From Chrysomallon squamiferum (Eukaryota > Animalia > Mollusca): DNA of 64,000 nt. Position numbers and translations under genes: made by a program. Under the pieces are notes generated by a model. The model made no database searches, was not told where the DNA came from, and saw only the letters and a program-made list of their open reading frames with translations. The stretch covers positions 27,156,001 to 27,220,000 of the forward strand of contig CM022672.1 of NCBI GenBank assembly GCA_012295275.1. Direction: 5' to 3'. Positions 43,461-58,918 of the stretch are shown one piece after another (position 1 is the first letter of the stretch; the number at the start of each line of letters is the position of its first letter).

Positions 43461-45719
43461 AATATTAACAATAATTAAATATAGTTATAAAAAAAAAGAT
43501 CTATCTATCAACCCACGCTAACCTAGATGGCACAGATGTATAAAGGTTTATGATACGCCGCTAATGCCTGTTTTACAGGTTTATTTTTAACTGCCCTTTA
43601 TTTCATGTGTAACGCTCAGGTCGGGTCTCTCTAGCAGAACAATCCCAGGTAGCACGGGAGCACCTGCACTTTATTTTGCTGGTGAATTTTAAATAAAACA
43701 ATTTGCTTATGTCAGTGTCAGTGCATGGAACTACTTTTTAGTGGTCCACCCCCAAAATTTGCACAAGTTAGATCGTATAAATTGGGTTTTTGGGTTTTTT
43801 TTTGATATAAAAATGTTTAAAGCCGACACTCCCTATTATTTAGAATTTTCATTCCTTTGAATATTTTTAATGGGTTTTATCTCGCTAATAGTTTTTGTAA
43901 TAATAATAATAATAATAATAAGTAAAAAGACAAGAAAAAAACCGTCAATACCATAGAGAAAATCCACATACGATTTTATAAAGACCAACCGCAGAGTCTT
44001 AGAAAGGCTGATAGGAAGTATGAGAGAGACAGAAAGAAAGAAAGAGAGTACGAGAGAAAAAGCTACACGATAGAAAGAGAGATGTACATATTAAAAGCTT
44101 TGTACTTTTTATTGCGTGTTTCAAATACACAGCAGGTTCATACTGATACATTGCGGAATTTCACGTCCTTCATCTTGCTGCTAATGAATGTCCTTAGTGG
44201 TTATTTGTGACACGTCACGTTAGTTCCTTGACCCAAAGCCGGCGAGACGTACTTATTAAATATCAGATAGAGACGAGGCGTAATTCATAACGAGGTTGGA
44301 CAACTCATGTGGGCTGGTCGTCAGTGGTTTCTAGATCAAATAAGCCAATACGTCTTAAAATATGACCAGACGTTTGTTCTGGCTTCATGAAAGACTTTTC
44401 AAAGGATTGCAACTCATCTAATTCATATCGCTAACTTTGAAGTCATTCTCCTTTTGAACCTCTGTTGATCAATGTTTCCTTATCACTGACGTTTCAAACT
44501 TTTTGTTACTAATTAATTTATTAGTCGACAACTTTTGTTCTCATTATATGTGTATGTGTGTGTGTATTTATATAATAACTACATAAATAAATAATTAAGA
44601 GGAAGAAAAACAACAGCAATACCCGCATCCAGAATAATACATTTAGTACATAAATACAGGACAAGTTTCATTTATTCTATAATTTATTTTTAAAAGGGCG
44701 GACAGTAGGAAATTAGTTTTTTGATTTACTGACCTGACTGCTTTATTATAATTTTATATTTATTTAAAATGTTGTTACCTCTGTATATCTGGTTATAAAA
44801 TATATGTATATACAGTTACATACCTGTGTTCATGCATGTATATGTCTCTAAATGTATGTATGTATAAATGTCTGCAAATAATTCTATGTACATTTATGTA
44901 TGTATGTATGCTTATGCATGTATGTATGCTTATGCATGTATGTATGCATGTTTGTGTTTGTGTGTGTGTCTATTTATATATAGACACACACACACACATA
45001 TATATAGATACATATATAAATAGATATATACGTAAAATATCTTTCACAGCTGTCACAGTTTCTGAGTAGGTAATTTCATAGTTGTTCATCAGAAACGCAT
45101 ACCGATCGATACGATTGACACAGATTTGACGAAACATCTACTGGTGATGAATATAAATGAGCTAACCACGTGTCATATCACCTCGACACCAACGTTCGAC
45201 GTCAGATGATACGCGGCCTTAAACGAGGCTAAATCTCCGTTAATCTTCATAAATCTTCGTTATGTATATAGTTCGTAAGACTTGTTAATAAAGATTATAC
45301 GTAATTTGTAATGCGTATTATGCCTCTTTGTGCCATTCAAAGCTGTAAAAAGTCATTTTAATTACATAGAAACTGTTAAATAAGCCAGAACAATCTGGAT
45401 GACGAGGTATTTTATGTATCCAGCTTATAACAAGTTTGGTGGAGAAATCGGAGATTAGTTTTTACAATACCAAATGTGTGTGTGTGAGTGGTTGTGTGTG
45501 TATGTGTGTATATGTGTGTGTGTGTGTGTGTCTGTGTGTTTTTCACAAATTGTGTTTGTGCACGTCTGTGTTAATATTTTGAATCAAATACCGAATGAAA
45601 AACAGAAGGTGATAGCATTTTTTTCAGTGCTTCTTCCCAGTCTATTCTAACTTCAGAAATGGTTTAGCATAGCAGACGTCATCATGGTATCATTTCTTGT
45701 ACACTGGTGTTTCCATGTT

Positions 45720-45760
<41 letters not shown>

Positions 45761-46314
45761 CGTATGTGTGTGATCATGTGTGAAATGTATGTATATATAT
45801 ATATATATGTATGTATGTGTATGTGTGTGTATGTACATGTCTACGTAAGTATGTTTTATGTATGTTTCTACAAATACATATATGTATGCACGTATCCATA
45901 AACATGTGTTCCCTAGATGCTCTTTATATGTACCTCGGTGTGTTTGTGATTCTGTGCACGTGCGCATATCAATCCAAATTTAAAAGCGAACCATTTTAAA
46001 TATGCTACGTATGACATCTAGCAGTCCGCTCGTTAAAACAACATGATGTCTTTCACAAACATTCCTACTCTTTGTCCGGCTTCACTCCATCATTTCACTT
46101 GGTTAGTTTAAAAACACAATCTTCTTGTTAGATGTTCCATTTACTGCCAGGTTTCTTGTTCCTAATCCTTTGGAATGCACATCAGGTCATCTTGCTGTGA
46201 CTGAATTTGACGTGTTTGAGAATTAAAAATGAGCACCGGCAAGAAATAAATAACAACATCTATTGACAATGACTGTGATAACATTATTATTGTAATAATT
46301 ATGATTCGCAAACA

Positions 46315-46860
46315 CGTATGTATGCACGAAGGTCAGCCTGTCTGTAGGTTTGTATGTTTGAGTGAATGTGTGTGTGTGAATGTATGAATGTATGTGTGTA
46401 TGTATGTATGTATGTGTGTGTGTGTATGTATGTATGTATGTTTGTATGTATGTGTGTATGTGTGTATGTATGTGTGTATGTGTGTATGTATGTATGTATG
46501 TGTGTGTATGTATGTGTGTATGTGTGTATGTCTGTATGTCTGTATCTATGTATCTAGGTGTGTGTCTGGGTCAGTTTGTATGTATATATGTATGTATGTG
46601 TGTATATGTATGTATGTATGTTTGTGTGTATGTATATATGTGTGTTTGTATGTATGTATGTATGTGTGTGTATTTATGTGTGTGTATTTATGTGTGTGTA
46701 TTTATGTATGTGTGTGTGTATGTATGTGTGTATGTCTGTATATCTGTATGTCTGTATCTATGTATCTAGGTGTGTGTCTGGGTCAGTTTGTCAGCCTGTA
46801 TGCATATGTGTCCATGAGTGTGGTCTGATTGTCTGTCTGTCTGCATATATGTGTATCTGT
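46315..46860. repeat. Complex (TG/TATG) microsatellite with an internal duplication of about 45 bp
   Basis: TGTATCTATGTATCTAGGTGTGTGTCTGGGTCAGTTTGT occurs twice. Confidence 0.85.
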
Positions 46861-47413
46861 CACTTATGCATAAGCAACGTTAGGAAAAAAATCTATGTTA
46901 CAATAAAAGTAAACAAATTTCAGTGCACGAATTCCCCCTTTTTTTTTTTTTTTTTTTTTTTTGTCATTTATTTTGTGAAATGGTAATTTCGACCTTCCGT
47001 TCTATGAATGACTTAGACCACATTTTAAATTTGTTTTAATATATCACAGGAGCACAGACCTCCATTACAGAGGGATGCAACTTAATAAAACGTTTTTCTG
47101 CCTTTGTACAGCGGATACGTGAGCTGACCTTTGTGTGGCTGAATGCCTGTTAGATTTAGCATTTGTCATTTTCACTGTGTAAGCTTTGTTTACAGCACTT
47201 GAAGGTTTTTATGTGGAGCTGCAAGTAAAATGTCGTTCAGTTTGAATTTTATTTGCGCTTCGTTAATTAAAAGTATTGAGTCTGTGGATAAACAGATCGA
47301 ATACCGTCGACACAAATTTGTATGAGAATAATAAAACTTGATAAATAATAACAAAGTGCATAAATTACTTGAAACGAAATAGACTGAGCAATTTTCTCTG
47401 TCTAACTGTTAAA

Positions 47414-48159
<746 letters not shown>

Positions 48160-50075
48160 AAATATAAAACACAGAAATATTTGTGTGAAGGAAAAGGCTT
48201 TATTTATTATTTTATTTTTTTGACATCTTCCAAAAAACAAACAGACAAATAACCAACAACAATGAAAAATATTTTAACTAAATTTTCGGAAGAATGTAAA
48301 TTTAGGTTTTAATTTGATTATAGCCTATAATTATACATTTCTACTTGCTTTGTTAGTGTTTTCATTCACTCAGTTAACTTTTCAGTAAATAAAAAATGTC
48401 TTAAATAGAAAAAAAAGATAGCCTGCTTCATAGAAATAATAAAAGACAAACAATAATGGTAAAAAAAAAAGAACAAAAACAAAATTTGGCTAAAATGATA
48501 TATCAGTTATGGAAGTACGTAATCTAAACTTCTGTGAAATAAGTCATTTCTTTTGTTAAAAATAAACGGGTATAGAAGTATCAAATTATTTAAACAATAA
48601 ACTTGTAATCGTAAAAAGGATCTATCTATATATATATATGCATATATATATACTTTACAGTCAATCCATTAAATATACCGTAAAGATTTTAAATGTAGAT
48701 TTCATTGTTGTTGCAATTGAATTCATTACTATTTTTCAGTCAGGGAAGATATTTCTGCGGGTATATCGCTGTTCTAGTCTGACACCAACAAGATCTAGGT
48801 AACCTAACAGAAACTTGCTTACTCAGATAAATGGTTCTTGAACTCTCTGACGTCACTCCAAAACGAAGATCAATAGCCGCGCTGACCATCTTATTTGTAC
48901 AAAAATTACTTAATCTGCATTCATTTTAGTTTTAGAAATACATGTATGTACATGTGTAATATATATAATATATTGTGTGTATGCTTGTATGTATATGTGG
49001 ATGCATGTACGTAGACTGAGATAGATAAGAAGATTAGTAGATAATTAGATAGGTTTTAACCTGTAAGTGGACGTGTTTGAGTCTGTTGTCTGATATTTAT
49101 TCTAAAATCACTGAAGGTGGTGGCAAGATGTTATGAGTGGAAAAATTACTTTACTGACAAAAAATACAGTTTTTTTTTTCAGACGGAGCTGTATCTGTTT
49201 TGATATCTTACTTTTATTTCATTGTTACTTCGCTGGTGTTTAATTACTGTTTTAGATCTCAAAAAGGTTTTCAGTTCAAAAAAAGTTAATTTTTTTTAAT
49301 TTTTCTATTATTTAGGATTGAAGTATAATATAAGTTACTGTCTTAATATATCAGCTTTATTCTGAGGAGGTCTGATGCCAAATGCACAGAGGCATAAAAC
49401 TGGTAGCAATCAGTTATTCCCTCTATATATGCATGACGTACAAACTCGTTTTAAGATGTCTCTCCAATTTGATCTTGTCTAGAGATATATTTCTGAAATA
49501 GTTAATATTTTATGTCTGTAATTTTCAGTTGTCAAATATGACTTGAGCGCACTTCCAGCGTAATTGTGTTAAAACTGTGCTAGAGCTTTACATGTTGACA
49601 CGAATGTAATGACTGTGTATTACGAACCGGTCTGTGATGGTTAAATCCGGTAATTATCTTATTTTTGTGAGTGGAAAAAACGCAAATCTGCACGTAGAAA
49701 ACCTTTCAGAATTATTAACATTTAAAAAAATGATCTCTTTTAGTGGTCTGACAAAGATTCAAAATGAAGTTGTGAACGTTCGAGACTCCTGTTAGGAAGT
49801 GAATCAACTTGCACGCTCAGATATTATAAACATACTCGAACCACAGTCATATTAAATAACGTTAAGCGATTCATATAAAATGTACTATGTATATCTATTC
49901 GTCTATTTGTCTGTCTGTCTAATCGACTCGAAGGATTAATACAAATTATATACACTTATAACAAATCAGCAGATCTTTAATATCAGTTTTTACTCTACCG
50001 TATTATCGTGTGTTTTTTGTGTTTTTTTCTGCTCGCTTTTTTCTCTAGAGCTAAGCAGGCACAGATTCCTTTAAA

Positions 50076-50109
<34 letters not shown>

Positions 50110-50326
50110 GCTGCTGCTGCTTCTACTACTATTATACAACTACTACTATTACTATTACAGGTCACACCATCATCTACATTGCTTAATTAGCAAATACTGA
50201 TAATATTTTAAAGTATATTATTGTTGTTGTTGTTGTCATTATCATTATCAGTATCATCATTATTATTATTATCATTGCTGTTGTTATTATTAATATCATA
50301 AACATTATCATCAGTTTCATTATCAA

Positions 50327-50414
<88 letters not shown>

Positions 50415-52516
50415 TAAACTTTATATGTATTATTACATGCTTGACGCCAGACTCGAAGTCTCAGTTATAGGCGGCCACCAAACTGAAAGGAGCACTCGGG
50501 GTCAAACATATTTACCACTGAACTTTTAAAATAACTGCAATAAATTAAACTGATAAAAACGCCATTAAAGCTATATTAACAAGTAGCAGAGCTTTTGAGA
50601 GAAAAAAAAATCAGCGCGACAAATTTTGCAACTGTCACTGAAGCAAGGCAGAACATAATTTAGTGAAAATGTTTTAATAAGATATAGTATTATGTTAAAT
50701 AAATTGTGATATTCATTACAAATTATCGTGGAAATATCTGACATTGATGGAACTTAATTATTATTCATTAGTTATTATAACGCAAAATAAGAACAGATTG
50801 TATTTTTTCTGGTTTTAGCAAGTATTATTTTTTAAAGTTTTCATTTGATTTCTTTTGGGTTTTTTTTCCCCACAGTATCTTATTTTCTATTAATTAAAAA
50901 AATTTTTTAGTTCATCTTTCTTCTATTATCTTTTGTTGTTGCAGTAGTGTTTTTTTTTTTTTTTTTTTTTTTTTAAATCTTTTCATGTAATCTCATTCAA
51001 TCCGTTCGCCTTTACCTGTCTTTCATTTGTGATACTTTTTCTTTCCACGGGTTAACCAGGCTTTCTACATGTGTCATCTTTTCCATCCAGTCTCAGGATT
51101 TTTTTTTATTTAGTATTATTCTTATTTTTATTCTGTTTTAGTTTTACTCTTCTTAGGACTGACTGCTATCGTCATGATGTCAGAGATGATGATCATTTAT
51201 AACTAAGACCGATCAGAATGGCAGGGAAGGCTGTCAGTTGACAGAATGTCGTTAAATTTCAGTTTCTGACGTTACGACATGACATTTCACTTTCTTATAG
51301 TCTCAAATAACACAGGCTAGTTTAGATAATAAATCAAACAAACGTAATAACTCGAAGTAAATAGAATGTATCATTCTAACGTAAAAAAAAAAAAAAAAAA
51401 CAAACAAATACAAAACAAAAATAAAAAAAAAAAAAAAAATGAATGCAATACCAGACGTTATGCCAGATGCCAATATAGGTTAATTTTGTTTTTGTCACAC
51501 AGCACCTATTTAAACTAGAACAGATGTCTGCTTTTACACCATCACTGTCATTATCACTTTATGTCGTGTGTGAAGACTGTTCAACCTACAGCAGTAAGTG
51601 ATCAGAATATGTATTATTGATGAAGAGATAGAGCGACTGACTCACTGATTCATGTGTGTACGGCAAGGATACACTATCGACTGGTCCTTGTTAATAGAAC
51701 ACATGACTACACTTGTCTTCACAGCGATGCTAATTGGCTGGTAATCTGATGAAGAGTTTATTCGAATTTGACTGGAAACATCTCTTTAATGCCACAGCAT
51801 TTTGGTTTTCTCGTGTTTACTGAGTGTAAATAGATTATATAGATTTTCTGCTGTATCATGTTTGAATTTTGCATGATAAAAACACACGTACCAAACATGC
51901 ATACAGGCAAATTTATTGCTTTCTATCTCTCTTTCTGTCTATACACACATACATAAACACATATGCATACGTTTGCACTTTCATATATATGTATTTGTGT
52001 ATGTATATGTGTGTATGTGTAAAAAAAAAACATACACATAAAAAAAAAAACGTATAATGGAAATGCTTAATCATTATTAACTGGAAACTATATACATGTA
52101 TATGTATTTATCTCAATGGATTTAGTCTCGATTATAAGTTTATGAATGGTTTAAAGTATTTTCGTGTCACAACAGTGCTAAAAGTAATGTGTTTAAAATT
52201 TGATCTATTTTTGCTTCAGATTTCATTTTTTTTTTTTTTGCTTAAACAAAATCTAAATAAAAAAATCAATAACACCAAATTTATATCTATTTTGTGGTAA
52301 TTGATTTTTTATTTAGACTTTTTATTATTGTTTTTTTAACAATAAAAGTTTGGGTAAAGAGGCTTTTTTTAATAAATAAAAGTCCATATTTTTCTTATAC
52401 TGGGTATAGTACAAACTAATTAAATATATTATACAAATATAAATATAAAAATATATACAAACACACACACATAAAATGTATATATCTATAACTATCTAAA
52501 CAATCACATATATCCA

Positions 52517-52570
<54 letters not shown>

Positions 52571-53580
52571 ATATCTATATAAATATCTATATAATTCATA
52601 TATAAAATGGGCATGGTTTTGGAAGATACATGACGAAATACATATAACTTTTTTTTACACATGCTCGTTTTTGAATCGTTTCAAATGAACATGTTAAAAT
52701 GGGCTCTCGACGAAATCGCTTACGAAGCAGTCGGGTGGTTGTGCTGGATTCTTACTGAGGCCACAATTCGCGCTGTGAAAAGAAATCCACAGCCTGCTTG
52801 GTGTATCCCGACTATACAAATATTTGGTCAGCCATCATAATGCAAGTTTAGTGTTTTCATAAATCATAGTAATTGAAAAATTGAAGTAGTTGAGCCTACG
52901 CATGACATGACTCAGATAAAAGATCTCGGTGACGAAGTTCTATCTGCGTCGTCTGGCAATATGGCTTATATCGTTTTGGCTTAAGGCTGGATGATGCCGG
53001 GTTCAAGTCCAGTCGACCGAACACTGAACGCATTGGTATAATAGCCAGGAAACGTACCCAGGAAAGGAAATACCAAATATCCTTAATAAAGAAGCGGATT
53101 CAGGATTTATAAGAAGTATAAATTTAAGTATCGAGGTTTCTGGGTTCGAACAGTGTCAACAGAATTTTGATATGTTACGACGATGGTATATAAATTTATC
53201 TAGAAGCGTAAAAGCAAAGAAGTCGATTAACTGAACTCAGGGGCAGCTCCAGATTTTATAAAAAGCTGTTAAAATGTCAGAGGAGTAGAAAAAGGCAGCA
53301 AGGAAATTCTGATTAAACGGAATCAATTTTTAATTTACTTTTTAAGTCTGAAAAACTACTAAATACTGGTGTCACTAAAGGAAAAAACTAATGTTTGTTC
53401 TGATCTTATCGTAACCTGCCGATAGCAGACAAATGGTTAATTTTTTTTCGAGGCTTTTATTTTTTCCGCTTTAAATCTGAAGAAAAAGAAAAAGAAAAAG
53501 TAATGACACTACTAAATTCTTGAAATGCGTTCCCTCATGTAAAAAGCTATCTGAATAATAATAATAATAATAATAATAAA

Positions 53581-53614
<34 letters not shown>

Positions 53615-56531
53615 TTACAGGCCAGTAATAAAAGCTATTACTTTTCCACATTTTATGAATGAACGTTTGTTCATACTTTTTTAAATTTTCTTTTTTTCCC
53701 CCTTTTTTCTGACTTGTTTGTGTCAGGGTTAGAGTAATGTTATATGACCAGTATTTCTGCTTGCGACACAGAACCAGTGACTGTCTGAGTCAGAACATCA
53801 CATAATACCCCTTCCACGCGGCTTACGTAATTACAGAGTTGTCTTTGATGTCGTCTTGTGTGATGACATGTAAGAACCACGACTGTGTATTTCACTCCAG
53901 TGGCGACAGCTGAGAGTAGGGTTGACCAGGTTCATCATGAGTGTTAACGTGTCTGGGGGTGTATGTAATATCATTATCCATCTTAGGTGTGTAAGTTTGT
54001 GTTTCAGGTGCATGTGTATACTTGTGAGTATAACCATGTCTTTCAATTTTCGTACGTGCATCTTCGCAGTGATATGTCTGTATTTATGTCTTTACTCATT
54101 TTATTTTTGTTTTTTATTATTATTATATATATATATATTTTTTTTTTTTAAGGAGAGAGAAGAATCAAGAACAACAATAAATGTATCTAAGTGGCCACGA
54201 TAATTTAATTTTTAAATATTTTCCAAATCATTTTAATGCAGTAACCTGAAGGGCAATCCAGCCAATAGTAATTCAATGTATGCATTCATCGTGATGACAT
54301 CAGAGGGAGTAAGTGATCAACTGAAAACTCTGAGCTGAAAAGTAGAAGGCACACACACCGCCTGGGAAAAAATCAGTGGTTATTAGGAGAGCAAAGAAAT
54401 AAAAAAAATAAAAAATAAATAAAGCTTATTACACAAGTAAATTCAGCATGTAATAAGGCTGGGCATTTGAGCTTCGATAATGTTAAAACACGATAACAGA
54501 TCTGACTGCAGAATAATTATTTGTAGTGCTGTAACTTGTCGAAATTTATTACTACCATTGCTTCTACTATTTTTATTGATGTTGTTGTTGTTGTTATTAT
54601 TAAAAAAAAATTATTTCTCTGTTTAAACATCAAACAAGTTAAGGATGCGCTTTGTTGTCAAGCCAAAGCGATCATGTATAATAAATACTGCAAAATGACA
54701 ACATTGAACAACAAAAAATATTAGGATTAAAAATGAACAATAAAAATACTTATTGCATGGGTGCATTATCATGTATTTTTAATCATATCTATCAATGACG
54801 ATCTGTTTGTTTGAATGTATATTTTTATATATTTATATTTATATTTTCAAAGACATCGAAATAAGCGCTTCTGAATTTTTATCATTTGTAGCTGCACTAA
54901 CAGTAGAATTTTCGAAGAAGAAGAAATATGCCTATTTTCACATTCCATAATTCATTACAAACACCAAAATAAAAATCTGTCAGTAATGCAAATAGCATCC
55001 AGACTATTAGTTAGACACCATCTCGCTAATATTTAGCCGATCGGTCAAAAAACCAATAATCCGTTATGGATATGTTTATTCTGTTCAGTGTCCACATAGA
55101 TTTCTGTTAACAAGTATTACTTTGCAAACAACGCCTTGCACTTTCCTATCAGCTATAGAATAAAACCTACAGAATACTCAGTTCTGGACATTTTGACCAG
55201 TCAGACGTCAAGACGTACAGACGTTGAGGGGAGAGAGACAACATGCTCTGTCGCCTCCGAGGTCCAGATATTTGACGCCTGAAGCGAATAACCCTCGAGG
55301 TCAAACGAAAATCCTAATTATAATTTCAGACGGACAAAAAAAGATGGCACACGAACTTAGGGAACTTTGAAAAATCAGCAGAGTTTTACATCTTTAAGAA
55401 TGTGATATATAGTACTGTTTACCTTCAAGCTGAAATGAAGAAACAGTCAGTCTGAAGCAATGATGATTGAAACCTTTTTCACATTCTCCTGGGAATCAAA
55501 TTAAAGAGCATTAACCACCTTTCGTACTTACCAGGAAGCGAAAACCATTCGCTAAATTAAACCGAACTGTGTCCATATGGTCTGTCATTTCATCAGTATT
55601 ATGGGTTAATCATAATTAAGTGTAGATTGTTTTGAAAGCAATAGTAACTTCTAGATGCCTCATCGGTTGCATTCAGAAATTTGTTTTAGTGAAAATATCA
55701 GAATCTTCCATTAAAAACAATTGCATCATTTAATAATAATAATTAAAAAAAACCACCCAAAAACATATTTTATATTCGTAAAGTATGAGATAAATAATAT
55801 TTATTCTTTACTTTATGTTAGATGAAAAATAAATATGTCTTATTAGTTTTAATTAAATGTGGAGATTAGTGGTTGGTTAAACAATTTTTAAGGTGCTAAT
55901 AAGAAAAACAAACTGTTGGTAAACAGTTTTACATAATCTTTAGTGAATGTGAAAAACATCGACGATGTAATTTTCTTGTATATCTTTGTTTTAAGAAGCA
56001 TAATGGGTATAAGTCATTTCCTCGATGTTGTCCGTGTGTTTTTTAAATTCTTTAGGTTCAGTACAGCTGCATTGGCTCTGACCCTGACACTGTTTGCTGC
56101 CCATTTTGTGTGGCCCACTAAAATAACATTTAATGACAAGTGTGAAAAATAGAAAAAGAAAAGCAAATGAAGTGATATTACTGTACAATGCCGCATGTAT
56201 ATCACATTATTACACATAATCGTTGACTGTCATACATTATGAACGTAGGTGTATGAAAACAAATTTGTTACTGAGTAAACAATTAGACTATTCCTCAAGT
56301 CGCATGTCAAGAGGCCACTAGTCGGCTTAAAGCAAATATGTCTTGATCAAGTAGGAGGATTTGAAAGTGACACCGAGTTGGCTTGCATGACGTAGTGGAA
56401 TTAACGTTTCGTAACAGTCTTAAAGCTCTGACAGACTGGCCAGAGGCGCAGTTTGTAACAGCGATTACAGTCTGATTAGCACGTCTGAAATATGTTAGTG
56501 CTACATAAATAAATAAATACCAAAAATACAA

Positions 56532-56594
<63 letters not shown>

Positions 56595-56965
56595 AAGACC
56601 AGAAATCAATCAAGAAATGAAAAAATATGAATAATACTACTACTAATAATAAAAAGAATAAACATTAAAAAAAAAAAAAAAAAAAAAAGAAGAAATTAAA
56701 CAAATGACGCAAAAAAAAGAAAAAGGTTTCTCATGGATATACAATATTCAAACTCATTGTTTTCTTTCTTTTCTTTCCTTTTTTTTATCGTATTGTTTTA
56801 CAATAAAAAAATAACAACCACAATAAAAATGACAAAAACAAGAAGAAACGGAAGAAAGAAAGAAAGAAAGAAAAAAACCTATAAAAGAAAACAAAAAACA
56901 CCCAATAACCTCCAAACGAAATAACACGAATAAACTAATGCTTTTGTGACTGTGTGTATACATAC

Positions 56966-56996
<31 letters not shown>

Positions 56997-57156
56997 GGGG
57001 GGGTATGTGTGTGTGAGTGTGTGTGTGTTATATATGTATGTATATTATGTATATATGTATGCATGTATGAATATATGAAGGTAAGTCTGTATGTGTGTAT
57101 TTGTCTATGTATGTATGTATGTATGTATGTATGTATGTATAGTATGAATGTATGAA

Positions 57157-57815
57157 CAGTGGGGTCCCCTATAACGAACGGTTTTACCGAAGAATCTTAG
57201 AACTCCACAACGAACGATAGGTCCCCGTAACCAACATGGAAAAATAATTCAAAGGAGTCAGGGGAGGATGAGGACAAGGAGCAGAACCGTGTTATTCCAG
57301 CCCAAGAACTGAAAGATGTTTTCTGGTGCTGGAATAAACTTTGTTAAGGAATATCATCCTGATGTTGCTGCTGCAGCAATGGGCCTTAATGTTCTTAATG
57401 ACACAGTGATGGCCCAACTGTGGAAGGTCCAGAAATCCTGGACGAAGCAGTCAACCCTAGATTCCTTCTTTAAGAGACATACTATACACTTGTAGGACAA
57501 TCACCAAAGTGGGCTAGGAAGGATGACTTCTCTCCTTCCACGTTTTCTCAGTAATTATCTCCTCCCCCTCCTCCGATTCCTCTCCTGCAAGCTCAGGACT
57601 AGTAAGGTAAGATAAAGATGATATTTTACATTTCAGGAGTTTAAATGCACATTTATAAACTTTATTTTACTATTTTATACTATATTTGTCAATTATAAAA
57701 GGGAGTATTTAGGGGCCAGGAAAGAATTACCCCTTATAACACGTATTTCAGTGGAACCTATAACAAAATTACGAGGCTCTATAACCACTTAGTTTGGTTA
57801 TAGGGTACCCCACTG
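57157..57815 (+). mobile_element. Internally deleted Tigger/pogo-type (Tc1/mariner) DNA transposon with a C-terminal transposase remnant
   Basis: TIRs CAGTGGGGTCCCCTATAAC and GTTATAGGGTACCCCACTG, with TA at the right flank. Frameshifted remnant SGEDEDKEQNRVIPAQELKDVFWCWNK / FVKEYHPDVAAAAMGLNVLNDTVMAQLWKVQKSWTKQSTLDSFFK resembles Tigger transposase C-termini. Confidence 0.8.
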
Positions 57816-58860
57816 TATGCACGTATGTATATAATGTACGTATTTGTGTGTATATGTATAATGTGTGTCTACTTGCATGTATCTGTGTGTAGAATACCCA
57901 CATCATTAACATAATAAAGTGAAATCTGGGCAGCTACACATACCGAAGTGCAGCAAGTAACTAAAAATTAACTATATCTTAGTTTTTAAAATTAATTTAA
58001 ATCTAAGACTTTATTTTACAACTGTTTATTTTAAATACGTATTTCAACATCAACACAACAGATTATGATACCGTTAATACTCAATATTCGTTGTCAGTAA
58101 CTTTCTCTCTTTTTTTTTACATTAATGAGTTCACAAATGACGGAAAAGATCCGTAGATGTATTTTAATATTTAATATGTTTCCATAACTGTAATTCTATG
58201 TAGCCCGAAACCAGTAGACTTTGCCAGGTACGGTATAAATAACGTCTGATTTTGGGCACATAAAAACTAGTTTGTGCTCTGCTTTCTGGAAGGTTTTTCA
58301 CTTTGAAATTAACGTACGTGTTACTAAGCATCTACATCAACAGACCCTGTTTTGGGACACGTGCCTGTGAGCTTTTGTGCCGTGGATGATTCACATTTAG
58401 CAAACAAAATTTAAATCTTTGTGGTTAACTGTGGAATAAGCCTTCTTTTTCTTTTTTATTCTTTTTTATTCATTGTCAGGAGCAGCCTCGTCTTTTGTCC
58501 AGCAACATTTACACATTTTTTTTTTTTTTTTTTTTTATTATCATGAGCAATCTCGTCTTTTTTCCAGTAAGCAGGTCAAGATTTACACATCATATTCATC
58601 ATCTTGCTGAAACATGGGGCTGGTTTGAGATATCAGCATGGGAAACATTATCATCAACTCAGTCATTAGAGTGATCTTCAGTATTCTCCTTTGACTCATA
58701 GTGGATGTAGGAGCCGATTCTAAATGTCTTTCGTTAAAGTTTATGAGTTCTGGCCATAGCTCTTAATACTTTGTGTTTTTCTCCATTTTAGCAGCAGCAC
58801 TGGACCTTTTCTTACTTCAGTTCATTCATCCTATGTGCATTGTTTTAGGAGATTTCATTA

Positions 58861-58918
<58 letters not shown>

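Noticed and set aside
46366-46986. Overlapping C/V/M/Y-rich ORFs (also near 45653-45999, 56879-57155 and 60259-60644)
   Set aside because: Stop-poor TG/TA/CA microsatellites.
52950-53020. tRNA-like B box GGGTTCAAGTCC
   Set aside because: No cloverleaf can be built; at most a decayed tRNA-derived SINE head.
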